Source of the DNA: Podarcis liolepis | Taxonomy: Eukaryota | Reading direction: 5' to 3' (one strand) | Length of the DNA: 64,000 nt | Assembly (NCBI GenBank): GCA_965112155.1 | Contig: OZ218099.1 | Shown: piece after piece, positions 24,122 to 36,934 of the stretch | Position numbering within the stretch: the first letter of the stretch is position 1 | Layout: each line of letters starts with the position of its first letter | Translations under genes and position numbers: made by a program | The notes under the pieces: generated by a model | What the model saw: only the letters and a program-made list of their open reading frames with translations | Databases searched by the model: none | Told to the model about the DNA's origin: nothing

Positions 24122-26010
24122 GTATACTTGGACATCAGTATAGCCAAGAATACCCACATTAACCATAAGGGGCAAGGCTTAATTGTGACACGTGGGAGGG
24201 GTGGACCCTCATGTCTTGGCTATGTGCAATTTTTGGGGGGCTGTGAAAATAATTACCTAAGCTATGAGCTGCCAAATATGCAAGCTGCTGGGTTATGAAC
24301 TGTGAGGATAAGGAGTTATGAGCTGGACAGCTCATGCGATAGGTTTTCTTTCCATCTAGTTCCGTTAGTTGCATATTATGTTGAATGACATCATAAAACT
24401 CTTTATGAAGGTCTTTTATTTTGGAGATGGCTGTGCTTAAGACTTTATGTTAAAGCCATCAATACAGGCACAAATTTAGATCAGTGTCTGACTTAGAAGT
24501 GGAGTGCAGTGCTTCGATTGTTTTAGGGAGCAATACACAAGGCACTGCCTTTTTGCAACCACCGTATATTTCACAGGGGGAATGAATTATTCCTACACCT
24601 CAAATCTGTTTTAAGCATAATGAACACTACTGGGGGTGTGCCTAACAGGGTGAGAGTTATTGCAGTATAGACTTTCATTTGAAAACGGGGTTTAAGTAGA
24701 TGGACAACCATGGATGAATTTCTTTAGCTGAATGGGTCTCTGCCATGGGTATCTATTTTGTATTGTTCATGGTTGGTTTTGGTTTTTAAAATATATATGT
24801 TGTTTTTAAATGCTTTTTGCTATTTTTATTGTGCATTGCCTTGAAACATTTGTGTAGAAGGCAGTTAGTTGATAATAAATAAATAATAGATCCCTCTAGG
24901 TAATTCGTTATAAGAACAAAATAATGCCTCATTTTTAACAATAATTTACATGACTTTCTTTGGGATAGCTAACCCTAAAATACTATTTTCAAATTCTGTT
25001 AATTTGGAAAAACAGTTCTTAGTAAGCTGCAAGCAATGTCCCAATATCTCTTTAGCACCTCTGTTGCTTGCATGCTCATGAAAGTATCTGGGAGGCTTGT
25101 GACTGGGTCAGAGATCACTTGCTTTTGGGAAAAGAAATCCTGACACATGTTGAAATCCAGAGGATAGTTTGAGAGGGATTTAGGGAAAATAGTAAATGAA
25201 TGGAAGTGGGTAGATCACATATATTTTATTTATTCAGATACTGTGTTATAGAGAAACACTAAATTTTCTTCCTTTAAATAGCTTTAATTATGAGTTTGTT
25301 TTAAAATTAGACTGACTTTAAGAATTCTCTATCTGCTGTTGTTAGCATGAGCTGTACAGGAGTTAGATTTGTGTAATATTAGCCAGTATGTAAGTCACCT
25401 GATCTGAATTTTGAAATGGAAGGAGGCTTTGAAATGGCTGCAGCAATTGCTTTCTGTTAATGTGTTCTGTGCATACTGTCTGCATCTTCGTCTCTATGGC
25501 TATTACATAACTGCTTTCTAGAAGCCCTGCCGAAGTTAGTCGGAGGTCAAGCTCAGATAATGTGTACAGATGTGGCATAAGCATGTGATGTGAGCAGGCA
25601 TGACTAGGTCGTGTGATATTCTTTTCTCTTTCTCCCAGCGTTTTGCAAGGCAGCTTGCAGAGCAGACTGCTCAGCACACTGATTCAGACTCTGCACGCTA
25701 GCTGTGGGAGAATGCCTGAAGCTAGGATCTGGTAGCTGTTTAGGTTCAGTGATTTCGCTCCTTTGAGTGGCTTGCTGCAAATCTTTATTTGTAATCTAAA
25801 ACACACAGCTATCTGAACTGTTTTCTTCATTATTAGACATATGTTTTGACTTGTCAAGCCTTCCCTTTAAACAATAAAAATATCATCAGCTCTCTGTCTG
25901 TTAGCATTACAGAAAATACTTGTAGGCTAGACCAAAGTGTTATTACCAACTTACCTGAAATCACTGTATGATGTGGTCTTTTAATACTTGCTTTTCCCTC
26001 TGACCTGCAG

Positions 26011-26100
26011 ATGAGATCACCGCTAGCTTTCGCCGCTTTGGCCCTTTGATTGTGGATTGGCCTCACAAGGCTGAAAGCAAGTCCTATTTTCCTCCTAAAG
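26011..26100 (+). CDS. CPEB4: CPEB4 exon 6 (90 nt), DEITASFRRFGPLIVDWPHKAESKSYFPPK-G
   Basis: tgacctgcag|ATGAG ... CCTAAAG|gtaaca; hand translation matches CPEB RRM1. Confidence 0.96.
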
Positions 26101-26728
26101 GTAACACTTAGTATTTTATATGTTACATTTTGTGTCCCGTCCTTCCTCAGAAGAGCGCAGGTTAACTGTGATCTGGTGACATCTTGTTTCACCTATTGAA
26201 CTTCACAACTGAGCTGGGATTTGAACCTGGCTCTCTTGTTTCAAGCCCAACACAATCCACTAAGATACACAATATTTTCCTAGTATGTGGGCACAGAAAG
26301 GTTGCAGAGTATGGATTTATTTATTTTTAGTATTATTCTCTGTACCTTTTGTTTGTTTGAAATTGTTCTTCATTGCTGCTATTGCTCTAAGACCCTGTTG
26401 TACTTTGAATACTTTAGTTGGGCTGTAGATAAGAGTGCTCTATTTAGTCATAGTTTAAGATTATTTATTTCTGCTCCTATTCAGTAAATTACTTGGTTTA
26501 TTTAATCCAGAAACGGGGAATCTGTGGCCCTCCAAATGTTACTGGACTCCAACTGTCATTAGCCCCCCATTAGCATAGCCAGTGGTCAGGGATAATAGGA
26601 GCTGTAGCCCAACATCTGGGGGGGGGGGGTGTTCAGCTACATTTTACTCAGAGTAGATTCACTGAAATTAATCAGCTTGACTAAGTTATGCCCATTTATT
26701 TTACCAGGCCCAGTTTGAATTAAACTTA

Positions 26729-27613
26729 CCGTATTTTTCGCCCCATAGGACGCTCCGTCCCATAGGATGCACCTAGTTTTTTTGGGGGGGAAATAAAGGA
26801 AAAAAAATTCCCTTTATTTCCCCCCCAAAAGCAGGTCGGGGAAACAGAACCAGGTCGAGGAACAGCGGGATGGCGGCGCTGCGCCTCCCTGCTGTCCCCC
26901 GAGCTTGTGGGGCTGGCTGATGTCTGCCCCGCGCGAGGGGCGCTCTGCATCAGGGCGCCCCCCCCTGCAGGGCCAGCAGGCTGCTATCCGCAGCATGGGG
27001 AGCCTTGCTGGGAACTCCTGCAAGGCTCCCCACACTGCGGATGTCTGCCTGGCGCGGGGGGCGCTCTGCTTCAGGCCGCCCCTCGCGCCGGGCAGCAGGC
27101 TGCTATCTGCAGCGTGGGGAGCCTTGCCGGGAACTCCGGCAAGGCTCCCCATGCTGCGGATGTCTGCCTGGCGCGGGGGGCGCTCTGCTTCAGGGCGCCC
27201 CGCCCACCGGGCAGCAGGCTGCTATCCGCAGTGTGGGGAGCCTTGCCGGGAACTCCGGCAAGGCTCCCTACGCTGCGGATGTCTGCCTGGCGAGGGGGGC
27301 GCTCTGCTTCAGGCCGCCCCTCACGCCGGGCAGCAGGCTGCTATCCGCAGCATGGGGAGCCTTGCTGGCAACTCCTGCAAGGCTCCCCACGCTGTGGATG
27401 TCTGCCTGGCACGGGGGGCGCTCTGCTTCAGGCCGCCCCTTGCGCCGAGCAGCAGGCTGCTATCTGCAGCATGGGGAGCCTTGCCAGGAACTCCGGCAAG
27501 GCTCCCCACGCTGTGGATGTCTGCCTGGCGAGGGGGGCACTCTGCTTCAGGGCGCCCCGCCTGCCGGGCGGCAGGCTGCTATCCGCAGCATGGGGAGCCT
27601 TGCTGGGAACTCC
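26729..27613. mobile_element. Truncated Tc1/mariner-type non-autonomous element carrying an internal tandem array
   Basis: TA|CCGTATTTTTCGCCCCATAGGACG left terminus; no matching right terminus seen. Confidence 0.6.
26919..27613. repeat. GC-rich tandem repeat, ~119-bp unit x ~5.8, each unit with two palindromic arms
   Basis: gatgtctgcc recurs at 26919, 27040, 27159, 27278, 27397, 27516. Confidence 0.95.
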
Positions 27614-27964
27614 CCTCACCCCCTGTTCCTTGTTCTACTTAAATCTTTCACTTTGAATGACAAAAGCTTATGTGTTACAACATACACTGTATAGGGAGTT
27701 TGCCATTGAAGTTGTGGCCAAGAAATGTAGGAAGCTTTGGCTCTTGTAGCCTGCTCCCACTCTTATTAATAAAAGCAATTTGTTTAGAACAGAGCTTTTC
27801 CAACTGCTTCTCCAAAAAAACTTCATATTCCCTAAATATGGGCTAAGGATTTGTTCATCTCTATGGTCTTTTTCTTGGTTATGTGGAGCCTAAGTAGATA
27901 ACTTCAACGCTCTGAATCTCACAGAATTTTTGCAATGTTTGCCTCTGTTTCTTTATCTACATAG

Positions 27965-28083
27965 GATATGCATTTTTGCTGTTCCAAGATGAAAGCTCTG
28001 TGCAGGCTTTGATTGATGCATGTATTGAAGAGGATGGAAAACTCTATCTGTGTGTTTCCAGTCCCACAATTAAAGACAAACCG
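27965..28083 (+). CDS. CPEB4: CPEB4 exon 7 (119 nt), GYAFLLFQDESSVQALIDACIEEDGKLYLCVSSPTIKDKP
   Basis: ctacatag|GATATG ... AAACCG|gtaagt; contains RNP1 GYAFLLF. Confidence 0.96.
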
Positions 28084-29100
28084 GTAAGTGGAATTGTCAG
28101 GTATGTATAATTTAGAAGAAGATGGACACAGAAATTGGGTGCATAACTGCTACATTTTCACAAGGCATAGGTTGGCAATACATGCTTTCTTTCTACGTGA
28201 GCACATACTACCATTATTTTTCAATAAATGTGTACTTTTCTTTGGGTTAGTGTCGAGATAATTATTCCAGAATATAGAATAGCAGGCATTAGGCCAAACT
28301 TGGCTAGTTTTTACTAACCTGATTTGGGGCCAAATCCCACATGTTTCATATCTGATCTCCAGCATAGCCCCATCCTCAAAGAAACCCTCCTATTCTTAAT
28401 CTGTTTTCTCACAAGCGGAGATCTAACTCCCACTTCAGTATGAATCCAAACATGTCTGCAAATAGACTTCAATGGGCCTTGCTATAACTATCAACCAGCT
28501 GGCTGGAGGTTACAGCAAGATGCTTTACAGTTGCCATAATTATGTCAGGTGATTGATGGGTGGTCAGCCCCACCCACCTATAATCGTTGGTCTGCATGGC
28601 AGGAGTATGGGCCACTGGCTGGATGTAGCTCTTTATCCGTTCTAGGGGAAACGCTGAGGACTAACCCATTTGTCACATGTAATGCACTTGTGTACATCCC
28701 CCTCCCCTCAGTCCTTCACTTCTGAATAATTTAATGTGTGGACAGAGGTTTGTTGTGATGACTGAGCCATATCTGAGTAAAGGACATGGTGGTTCATCTT
28801 TCTTAGACAGACGTGTGGACTGTGCAAGCTGCTTCCTTGAGGAGTGCCCTCTCTCCACCCTGGTAGCCTATTGTGCTCCTGCTTCACAAATTCCATATGT
28901 GAAACCTGGCTTTGTTATTGCTTGGCTAGATAAGAATGATTGCTAGGAAAGTAGCCTCTAAAATCCCATGGACGTGACATGCAGGAAACACTGTTGTTGT
29001 AACATCTTAATGATGTGCGTGCTGCAGGGCAGGGTGGTGGTGGGATAATTCGACTGTCAACTTGAATTGTGAGTGGTAAAGTCTCATCTTCTGCTTGTAG

Positions 29101-29215
29101 GTTCAAATCCGGCCTTGGAATCTTAGCGATAGTGACTTTGTGATGGATGGCTCACAGCCTCTAGATCCGCGGAAAACCATTTTTGTAGGAGGAGTTCCAC
29201 GACCCTTACGGGCAG
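29101..29215 (+). CDS. CPEB4: CPEB4 exon 8 (115 nt), VQIRPWNLSDSDFVMDGSQPLDPRKTIFVGGVPRPLRA
   Basis: ctgcttgtag|GTTCAA ... GGGCAG|gtatgg; RRM1-RRM2 linker and RRM2 RNP2. Confidence 0.97.
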
Positions 29216-29463
29216 GTATGGTATGCAAAAACAAGTGCAGTGGCTCGTTGATTCTATCCAAGCTGCCTTACTGCTGTGAGAGAACATTGTGTCCTTATTT
29301 CTATTGTAGAAGTATGCCAGTGCTTGCTAAATTTAACTTTTGCTGACACTCCAATTATTTCCAGATACAAGAGTACAAATAAACATGCTTTTGCCCAGGG
29401 TCTAGAAAGAGAAGTATGTATATAAAATATCTGGGTAAATCGTTTGTTACTACTTTATTTTAG

Positions 29464-29645
29464 TGGAGCTTGCAATGATAATGGACCGGCTGTATGGAGG
29501 AGTTTGCTATGCTGGAATTGACACAGATCCTGAGCTGAAGTACCCAAAAGGAGCTGGGCGTGTTGCATTTTCTAATCAACAGAGTTACATAGCTGCTATC
29601 AGTGCCCGCTTTGTTCAGCTGCAACATGGAGAGATAGATAAACGG
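29464..29645 (+). CDS. CPEB4: CPEB4 exon 9 (182 nt), RRM2: VELAMIMDRLYGG...QHGEIDKR
   Basis: ttttatttag|TGGAG ... AAACGG|gtaagg; ORF-track peptide matches CPEB4. Confidence 0.97.
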
Positions 29646-32600
29646 GTAAGGGCTAGAGCACATTCTGTGTATTACTCAGCATTCTTTCATGGGTTTATTT
29701 CCATATAAGTGCCCGTGTGTGGCAGGAGAAAATGTTGTATTAAATGGAAAATATTATATTCCCTGTATTCCTAGCATACATGCATAAAAAAGCCATACCA
29801 CACACAAAAAAGCTATACCACAAAGCCCCTCCATCATCCCAGAGATCCGGAGGTGGGGGGATCTAGTTTAACATTGGCTTTTTAATGCCTTCTGGCACCT
29901 TCTAAAACTGTTGTTCCCTTCAGAGAAATTTCCTGTAGCACAGCATAAGCCTGTGTTCCCAATGTTATCCTGTTACCTCTGCATGACTTGCTTTGCTGTT
30001 GGCCTCTTTTTCACCCCTGCCTATGTGCTGGAAGTAGAATGGTCAATTGGTTTATGAAAGTAGAATGCAAACTGCTGCACTATTTGCATTCATTTCTACA
30101 GAATTTGTTTGAGTCTCTCCAAGTCCTGTTTTAATTCCGTGCAGGTTACACAGCAACAATATGCAATCATCATTTTATGTTGATGTTAGTGCTAGCTTCT
30201 TAATAACATATGTTCACAGCACATGCTAACAAAAGCAAAAATAGCTTTGCCACAAATGTCCATATTTCCCTGTATGTAGCTCGTTGTCATCCTTCCTTAC
30301 TTTGCCAAACCTTTATTAGGCATTACAAATATAGGCCATCATAAAACATCCACATATAAAATTTTAAAATATATACAAATAAACAGCCATGTAAAAATAT
30401 GTAATAATGAGAATTTTCGTTGGAGTTTCTTCCTGCTAAATAGTGCTATTCACCACTCTGAGAGATACTATTGATAAAAACTCAGCCACCCTTGCAGTTA
30501 CTTCCAAGTTAATGTCGGACAGATATTTTCTGATATTTTCATTGTGCTGTGTCATTCACATGGTGGGAAGAAGAGTTAGGATTAAGGAACAGGCAGTATT
30601 TTGTTGTGGTGTAAGATCTTGTGAGCCAGCTCTGTCACTGTTGTATTGTTTTACTGTTTCTTAGCCATTTGACATGTTTTCTTCCGGGGTTTTGTGACTC
30701 AGCAATTTGAATACCATGATTTACTTGATTGGAGTTTTAGGGAGGAAAAGCAACTGAGCAAATTGTGCATATTGATTTGTGGTGGCTGGTCCTTCTCCGA
30801 GTTTAGAAGAGCTGTCATGTTTCAATTTCTCATACACAGGAATGGCATGCAGGTTAGATTTACTGTTGCTAGCAAAACGTACCTGAAATCTGAGCAGGAA
30901 ATGAAAACATTCCTGTCCATGTCCTCCAGCAGATTTAGGCATATGCAGATCCTTTCTAGACTGAGTCCCCTTTGCATAAAAGCCGTCCCCCTTGCTGGAT
31001 TTCCATGTCCAGAACCTGCAGAATCTGTGTGTGTGCTTCCCCCTTGGGGAATGGAGCCACAGATGCAAATCAAACATGCCACTTTTGCACAATCAGATCC
31101 CAGTTTAATAAACTAGGATATGCCCTTTGCTGTCATTTTGTACTACTCTTCACATGAGTGGCAAAAACAGACCATGGTTTCCTGTTACATGTGAAGCAGG
31201 GACTATGACTAATGACTTCCAAACAAGCCAGATTTGCAAGACAGCTTCCGATGCAGCCACTGTCAGTTTTAACAGCACCAGTCAGCTAAGAGGGTTTTTT
31301 TCCCTGAGGGAGGAAATCTAAATTTAGCCCCCTCGCATTCAGTACGGGCTACCACAGTTGGTGATAACAGTGGCACCCATTTGTTTGGCAAATCCAGACA
31401 ACCAGTGTGTACTGTAGTCAGTGAAGATATCTGGATCATGTTGTGCCTCTCTTTTTGTGTGAAAATCTAGACTTTGACATTAATGCTCTCTCAACCTCAC
31501 ACACACATACACATGTTTTTATAAAACTCAATTTAAAGCAAATATCACTACAGCCTCTGAAATATATTTCTGTCCAAAACATATTCAATGAAATAAGGAG
31601 TTGTTTATTCACACTTCTTAACATTGGTTAGGAAACAGTGATGTTCAACATTCAATTATTTTTAAAATCCTTTAAATGGTGCAAATAGACAAGATGACAC
31701 AAGATCCATGATTGGACTGAACCCCTTTTTAATAGTAAATTTAGTTGGTGGAAGAAACTGAATCAGGCAGCGGTGGGAGGATTTTTTTTTTAAAAGCATC
31801 TCTTCCCCTCCATATTTGCATGAGTGGACTGGTGGATATTCGTTAACTGGAGGAATTATCCTGTTAACCGAATGTCTGCCAGTCCACTCTTCAAACAGAA
31901 ATTCATGGTAAGACCAATTTCCAGCCTTTTCCCGCTTCAGATTGTCCCCCTAATACTATCATCAACCTGACATATGGTTACTGTATGTTTTGCTCTGCAT
32001 GGCAAATAATCAAAATTGCTCCCCCACCCCACCCCATAGCTATTAAGAAAATGGCGTGGGGGTGGGGGTGGGGAGAATTAAAGCCTTCTCTCCCTGTGCT
32101 GTATTCCAGATCCAAATCAGGCCTTTTAAAATAAAACCAACAATCCTGAAGAGATCCAATCACAGATATCCGTTCTTGTGTTGTTTCCATGGTCTCTTCC
32201 AAGTGGTGAGGCTTAAGCAAATATTAGATGGTTTTATTTCAGCAAAACTCCTCAATCTCTTGTTCTTATGGGGCACCTCAGTAACTTTAATTAAAAAATA
32301 CTTTCACATGTTCAAAATTGACTTGACATGCTGCCAGTTAGGAACAAATACTTTTTTAACCAGCAACACAGAACTCCCCCAATATGATACTTTGACCAAA
32401 CATTTCAGCACAATCAAAACACCCTTTTCTTTCTCCCTTGCCAAATTATTGCCTTACACATCACTTACTTAATGGTGTGTCTTGCATAAAACGAAACAAA
32501 TTCTTAACATGTGCAAGCATCCTAAGAATTATTGGGACAAAAACATCTGTAGGTTTGCATGGTCTCTTAGCATGCTGCCAAAGATATGGTGGTGACCACT

Positions 32601-33260
32601 AGCCTGGATTGCTTTAAAAGAGGGTTTGGCAAATTGATAGATAACTTTAAGCATCAATTACTAAAATATTTTTTATTATTAATAATAGCAGCAGTAGCAG
32701 TTGTATTTTCATCCTGCTCTTCCTCCAAGGATCTCAGGGCAGCATATATGCTTCCTCTCTCGCACCCTCAATTTTATCCTCACAGCATCCCTGTGAGCTA
32801 GGTTAGACTCAAAGAAGGTGACTTGTGCACAATTATTCAGTAAGCTTTATGCCTCAGTGGGAATTTGAAAACATCTGTCTGAGGATCTACTCAAGAACTC
32901 TGACCAATGTGTCACACTCCACATTCAGAGACCTACAGGTATAGGACAATATACACATTTTAATAACAGTAATAAAATAACCTTAATAAACAACTTATGA
33001 AAACCAAATTACTGGTGGACATATAACAAGGGAAAGCTATAGCTTTCCTGCCCTGTTTGTAGGTTTCTTGGAGGTATCTGGTTATCCATTGCTGGCAACA
33101 GGATGCCCGGCTAGTTGGATCCTTGCTCTGCTCCAATTGAGGTTTTCTTAAGGCACAGTGGAATATTCATTGAGGCATCTGTATTAACAGTTAGATTGCA
33201 GTAATCGACACAGAAGACACTCTAGCAGTGTAAACTTTCTCTCTCCTTCTTTTAACACAG

Positions 33261-33488
33261 GTGGAAGTTAAGCCATATGTCTTGGATGATCAGCTGTGTG
33301 ATGAATGTCAGGGGGCCCGTTGTGGTGGAAAATTCGCTCCATTTTTCTGTGCTAACGTTACCTGTCTGCAGTATTACTGTGAATATTGCTGGGCTGCTAT
33401 CCATTCACGCGCTGGCAGGGAATTCCACAAGCCCCTGGTGAAAGAGGGAGGAGATCGCCCGAGACATATTTCATTCCGCTGGAATTAA
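33261..33488 (+). CDS. CPEB4: CPEB4 terminal coding exon, ZZ-type zinc-binding domain, ends ...RHISFRWN*
   Basis: tttaacacag|GTGGAA; CDECQGARC...C..C...YCEYCW..IH...H pattern; the GDRPRHISFRWN C-terminus distinguishes CPEB4 from CPEB2/3; TAA at 33486-33488. Confidence 0.97.
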   Translation: MEVKPYVLDDQLCDECQGARCGGKFAPFFCANVTCLQYYCEYCWAAIHSRAGREFHKPLVKEGGDRPRHISFRWN

Positions 33489-35602
33489 GTGATTCCTGCA
33501 GCGTGTTCATATGCAGGCCTCAAAATAAGTGCACTCTTCTGTTATCCTGATTCCCATGCCCTCCCTTCCTCTTCTCTCTTATTCAAGATAGCATGTCCTA
33601 CTGTTGTAGTCTGTAACTTAACAATAGTGTAACAAAAGAATGACCTATAATCATATAGGTATTTTGTAGAATCTTGTCATTAAACTGTATTGGGAACTGC
33701 TATTCATATGGATAACACAGTGCATGGAAACCAGGTTCTCTTACCTTTAGTTACCCAGGGGGACACTGCTTTCCTGCTATCTTTTCTTGAAGGAAGAGAG
33801 AACAATATTAAGAGAAGAGAAATGAAACAATAGAGTATTTTGTTTTTTAATTAAATTATTGCTAATAACAAAATCAATAGAATACTTTTATGAAAAGTAA
33901 TCATGAGATAGGAACACTATGAATCTATTCTGACACTTTGTCCAACCCACCCTTCCTTCTGCCCTTCCCTGCCCAAACCTCTGGGAAGCCTGTTTTCTTG
34001 CCGCCTATGATTTTATAGCAATGGAAACAGTTAGCCGTTAACCTAGTAACAGGAAAGAGCATGTTTAAAGCAACAAAAATGCATGAGCAAGGTTTAAAGC
34101 AGCATTAAGTTAAATGTTTTATTTAAGGGTTCCGAAGCTATTTTTTTAGCACAGTACGTGTTTCTCACCGTGCCTCCGACTTCCCACCACATTCAAACTT
34201 TTACTAATTGAGTAGGCAGAGCTTAGATCTGTGTTCTTCATCCAAGCAATCACATTTTAAAAGTTCCTGAATGTAAATCCTGGGTCAATTTACTACTGGG
34301 GGTGGGTGGGGAGTGCACTTATTCTTTGTTGTTGTTGTTGTTGTTGTTATATTATTATTATTATTATTTTTAAAGAAGAAACTTCATTATCAGAATACAG
34401 CCCTAGAAATCCTACCAAAGCTAAAGTAATGACAACTAGTGAACTGGCATGTCCTCTCCTGAAGAACAAATGTATAGATTTTATTTTTGATGGTTATATA
34501 GAACTCTATATCCTAATTTACTAATGTTAATCAGGGGCCAGCCTTTGCTCTCCATTTTGACGTGAAATACAAGAACCTAAAGATATACCTCAAGATTATG
34601 ATTTTGATTCCCACCTCCCCCGCCTGCCTCTAAGACACTAGTAATTCATTCTAACCACACAAATCAAAATTTGGCTACTTACTGGGCTTACTCTGGGACG
34701 TAAATGTGTTTTAATCTCCAAATGAAATTGGATCATCAAAAGCATGAGAGGGACAAAGTGAAGTCTGTTTCCAGGGATGTTATGCACTGTTGGTTGAATG
34801 AATATGCATTGCATATTGGCAAAGAAGAATATGCTTGTCTTTCAGCAGAGAGCAAGTAAGAAAATCTCAATAAATAATTCTTTTTGGAACTTAGCACAGA
34901 AAATAAAGAATTCCAGGGCTCTAATGTACCAACTTGCTGAGAAATGCATCGGTTGTTTGAACCATATAAGTGAGAACACAGTAGATGTTAAAGCTAAAGC
35001 ACAGGGTGGTGTTGGTTAGTTTGATATAGTCACTCGAGCTCTGTAAAGCTGAGAAAATTGATAGGAGTGAATGAGTTCAGTTCTTAAGAAATGATTTTGT
35101 AGCAGTGTGCAAAACAACCCAGTCCATTGGCAATCTGAACTGGCATGGTACCACCATAGACTCTTAAACCAAAGACTTGCCTTAGCACACCTACAGACAA
35201 AAAAAAGCAAATCTCTTCTGTAAGCCCTCTCCCTCCCCTTTCCTTCCCCCTCCCCAATTATCTTTGAGAAGCAGTTTTGATTTTCAACACATGAAACATA
35301 CCTTGTTATTTTCCAAAGGTCAAAATGGAGACATTTGCTGTCTACTCGTCAAGTAGAGAAAGGGAGCTGCTTTTAATGAAATCCCTGCAAATATTGACAA
35401 CAGTAAATGCAAATGGAGAGTGCTCTTTTGTAGACTGTCAGGGACCTTTTTCTCTGAAGTACATAATTATAGTTGGAATATTCGTTTTAATTTTTTTAAA
35501 TGCTTGTAGGTGGCTTGGGGTGTCTTATTGTGCCGATCCTACCCAGTGAACAGGTGAGATGGGTTACCATTACAAGAAATAACACTGTTTGAGAAGTAGC
35601 TT

Positions 35603-35950
35603 NNNNNNNNNNNNNNNNNNNNNNNNNNNNNNNNNNNNNNNNNNNNNNNNNNNNNNNNNNNNNNNNNNNNNNNNNNNNNNNNNNNNNNNNNNNNNNNNNN
35701 NNNNNNNNNNNNNNNNNNNNNNNNNNNNNNNNNNNNNNNNNNNNNNNNNNNNNNNNNNNNNNNNNNNNNNNNNNNNNNNNNNNNNNNNNNNNNNNNNNNN
35801 NNNNNNNNNNNNNNNNNNNNNNNNNNNNNNNNNNNNNNNNNNNNNNNNNNNNNNNNNNNNNNNNNNNNNNNNNNNNNNNNNNNNNNNNNNNNNNNNNNNN
35901 NNNNNNNNNNNNNNNNNNNNNNNNNNNNNNNNNNNNNNNNNNNNNNNNNN
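35603..35950. other. Assembly gap (N run)
   Basis: Run of N. Confidence 1.
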
Positions 35951-36737
35951 GTGCACTGGCAATGCTATTTTAGAATTTGCAGAGAAAAGAAAGCATGTTG
36001 CTTAAACATCTTTAGCCCAGCACCAGGTATTTGGTGTACATATAATTTAAAAAAAAAATACTTATATGTAAAGTTGAGACTTAAAAAGAAATTTTTAAAA
36101 AGCATGAAAGTGACAAATGAGAGAGTTTGTCTTTAGACCCTTGAAATTTAATGCATAAGCATAGAGTAGAAGTTTAAAAGTAACATCCCAAATTGTCTAC
36201 CGCTTCTTAATAGGTTTTTAAAAGTAATACACAAATGCAGATGTTTTTTGGTGAATGTTTAGCCATTTTTAATCTTAACAAATTGATGTTAGGTGTTTGC
36301 AGAGATGTGTCTGCTCTTTTAAATCATATGTAAGGAAATAAACCCAAGCCTGCCCAGTGGTGGGCATGTAATGTTAGTATGCATGACTAATATTAAAAGA
36401 AAAATGTTATTCTACTAATATTCACTTGTGGTGATTGTGTGAAAAGCGTGTTTACAGATTATTTGGTTACACTTCAATTTACAGGGCATAAATGATTATC
36501 TATATTACTCTGTACTCTAGATAGTGCTAATATAATATGTCCTTCTGATTACATGGGAGGGTGGAGTTGCCATGTCACTCCAAGCATAACTAACATGTAA
36601 TTAGTTTTAAAATCTTAGGGTATCACTTTATTTAAAGGGGTGTAAACAAGCATGTCATTTTCTCTCACAAGCATGGCACTGGCCATGTACTTACAATGTA
36701 GTTACAGAGTAATTACATGGTTATTTTTGCAATGTAA

Positions 36738-36743
36738 AATAAA
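36738..36743 (+). terminator. Candidate polyadenylation signal AATAAA of CPEB4
   Basis: tgtaaAATAAAgtgtttctgattatttttat, with a TGTA just upstream and GU/U-rich sequence downstream. One of several candidates. Confidence 0.4.
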
Positions 36744-36934
36744 GTGTTTCTGATTATTTTATATGTAAAGGAACCCCCACTGCCCCGTGCTTTTTTGGTA
36801 TATAGTATCTACTTCTCCATACACAGACCTCTGCAGAAAGCAAATCTAAAACTTGCAGTGAATGACTTTAGTGTTTTATAAGGATGCTGTTGGAAAGACT
36901 TGATAATTCACCCCTTTTTTGTTTCTTGAAGAGT

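Larger units (their letters stand above)
33489..36760 (+). other. CPEB4 3' UTR (end uncertain, may extend into the gaps at ~37-37.8 kb)
   Basis: AT-rich, no obvious transposons, follows the stop codon. CPE-like TTTTTTAAT (33843-33851) and TTTTAT (33886-33891), TGTACATA (36035-36042), AATAAA at 34869, 34902, 36337, 36738. Confidence 0.65.

Noticed and set aside
26919-27613. CRISPR-like array (regularly spaced palindromes)
   Set aside because: The intervening segments are themselves repeated rather than unique spacers, there are no cas genes, and the context is a vertebrate intron.
26905-27694. Long ORFs (229-249 aa) in all three + frames
   Set aside because: Artefact of the GC-rich, stop-poor tandem repeat; the same peptide blocks rotate between frames.
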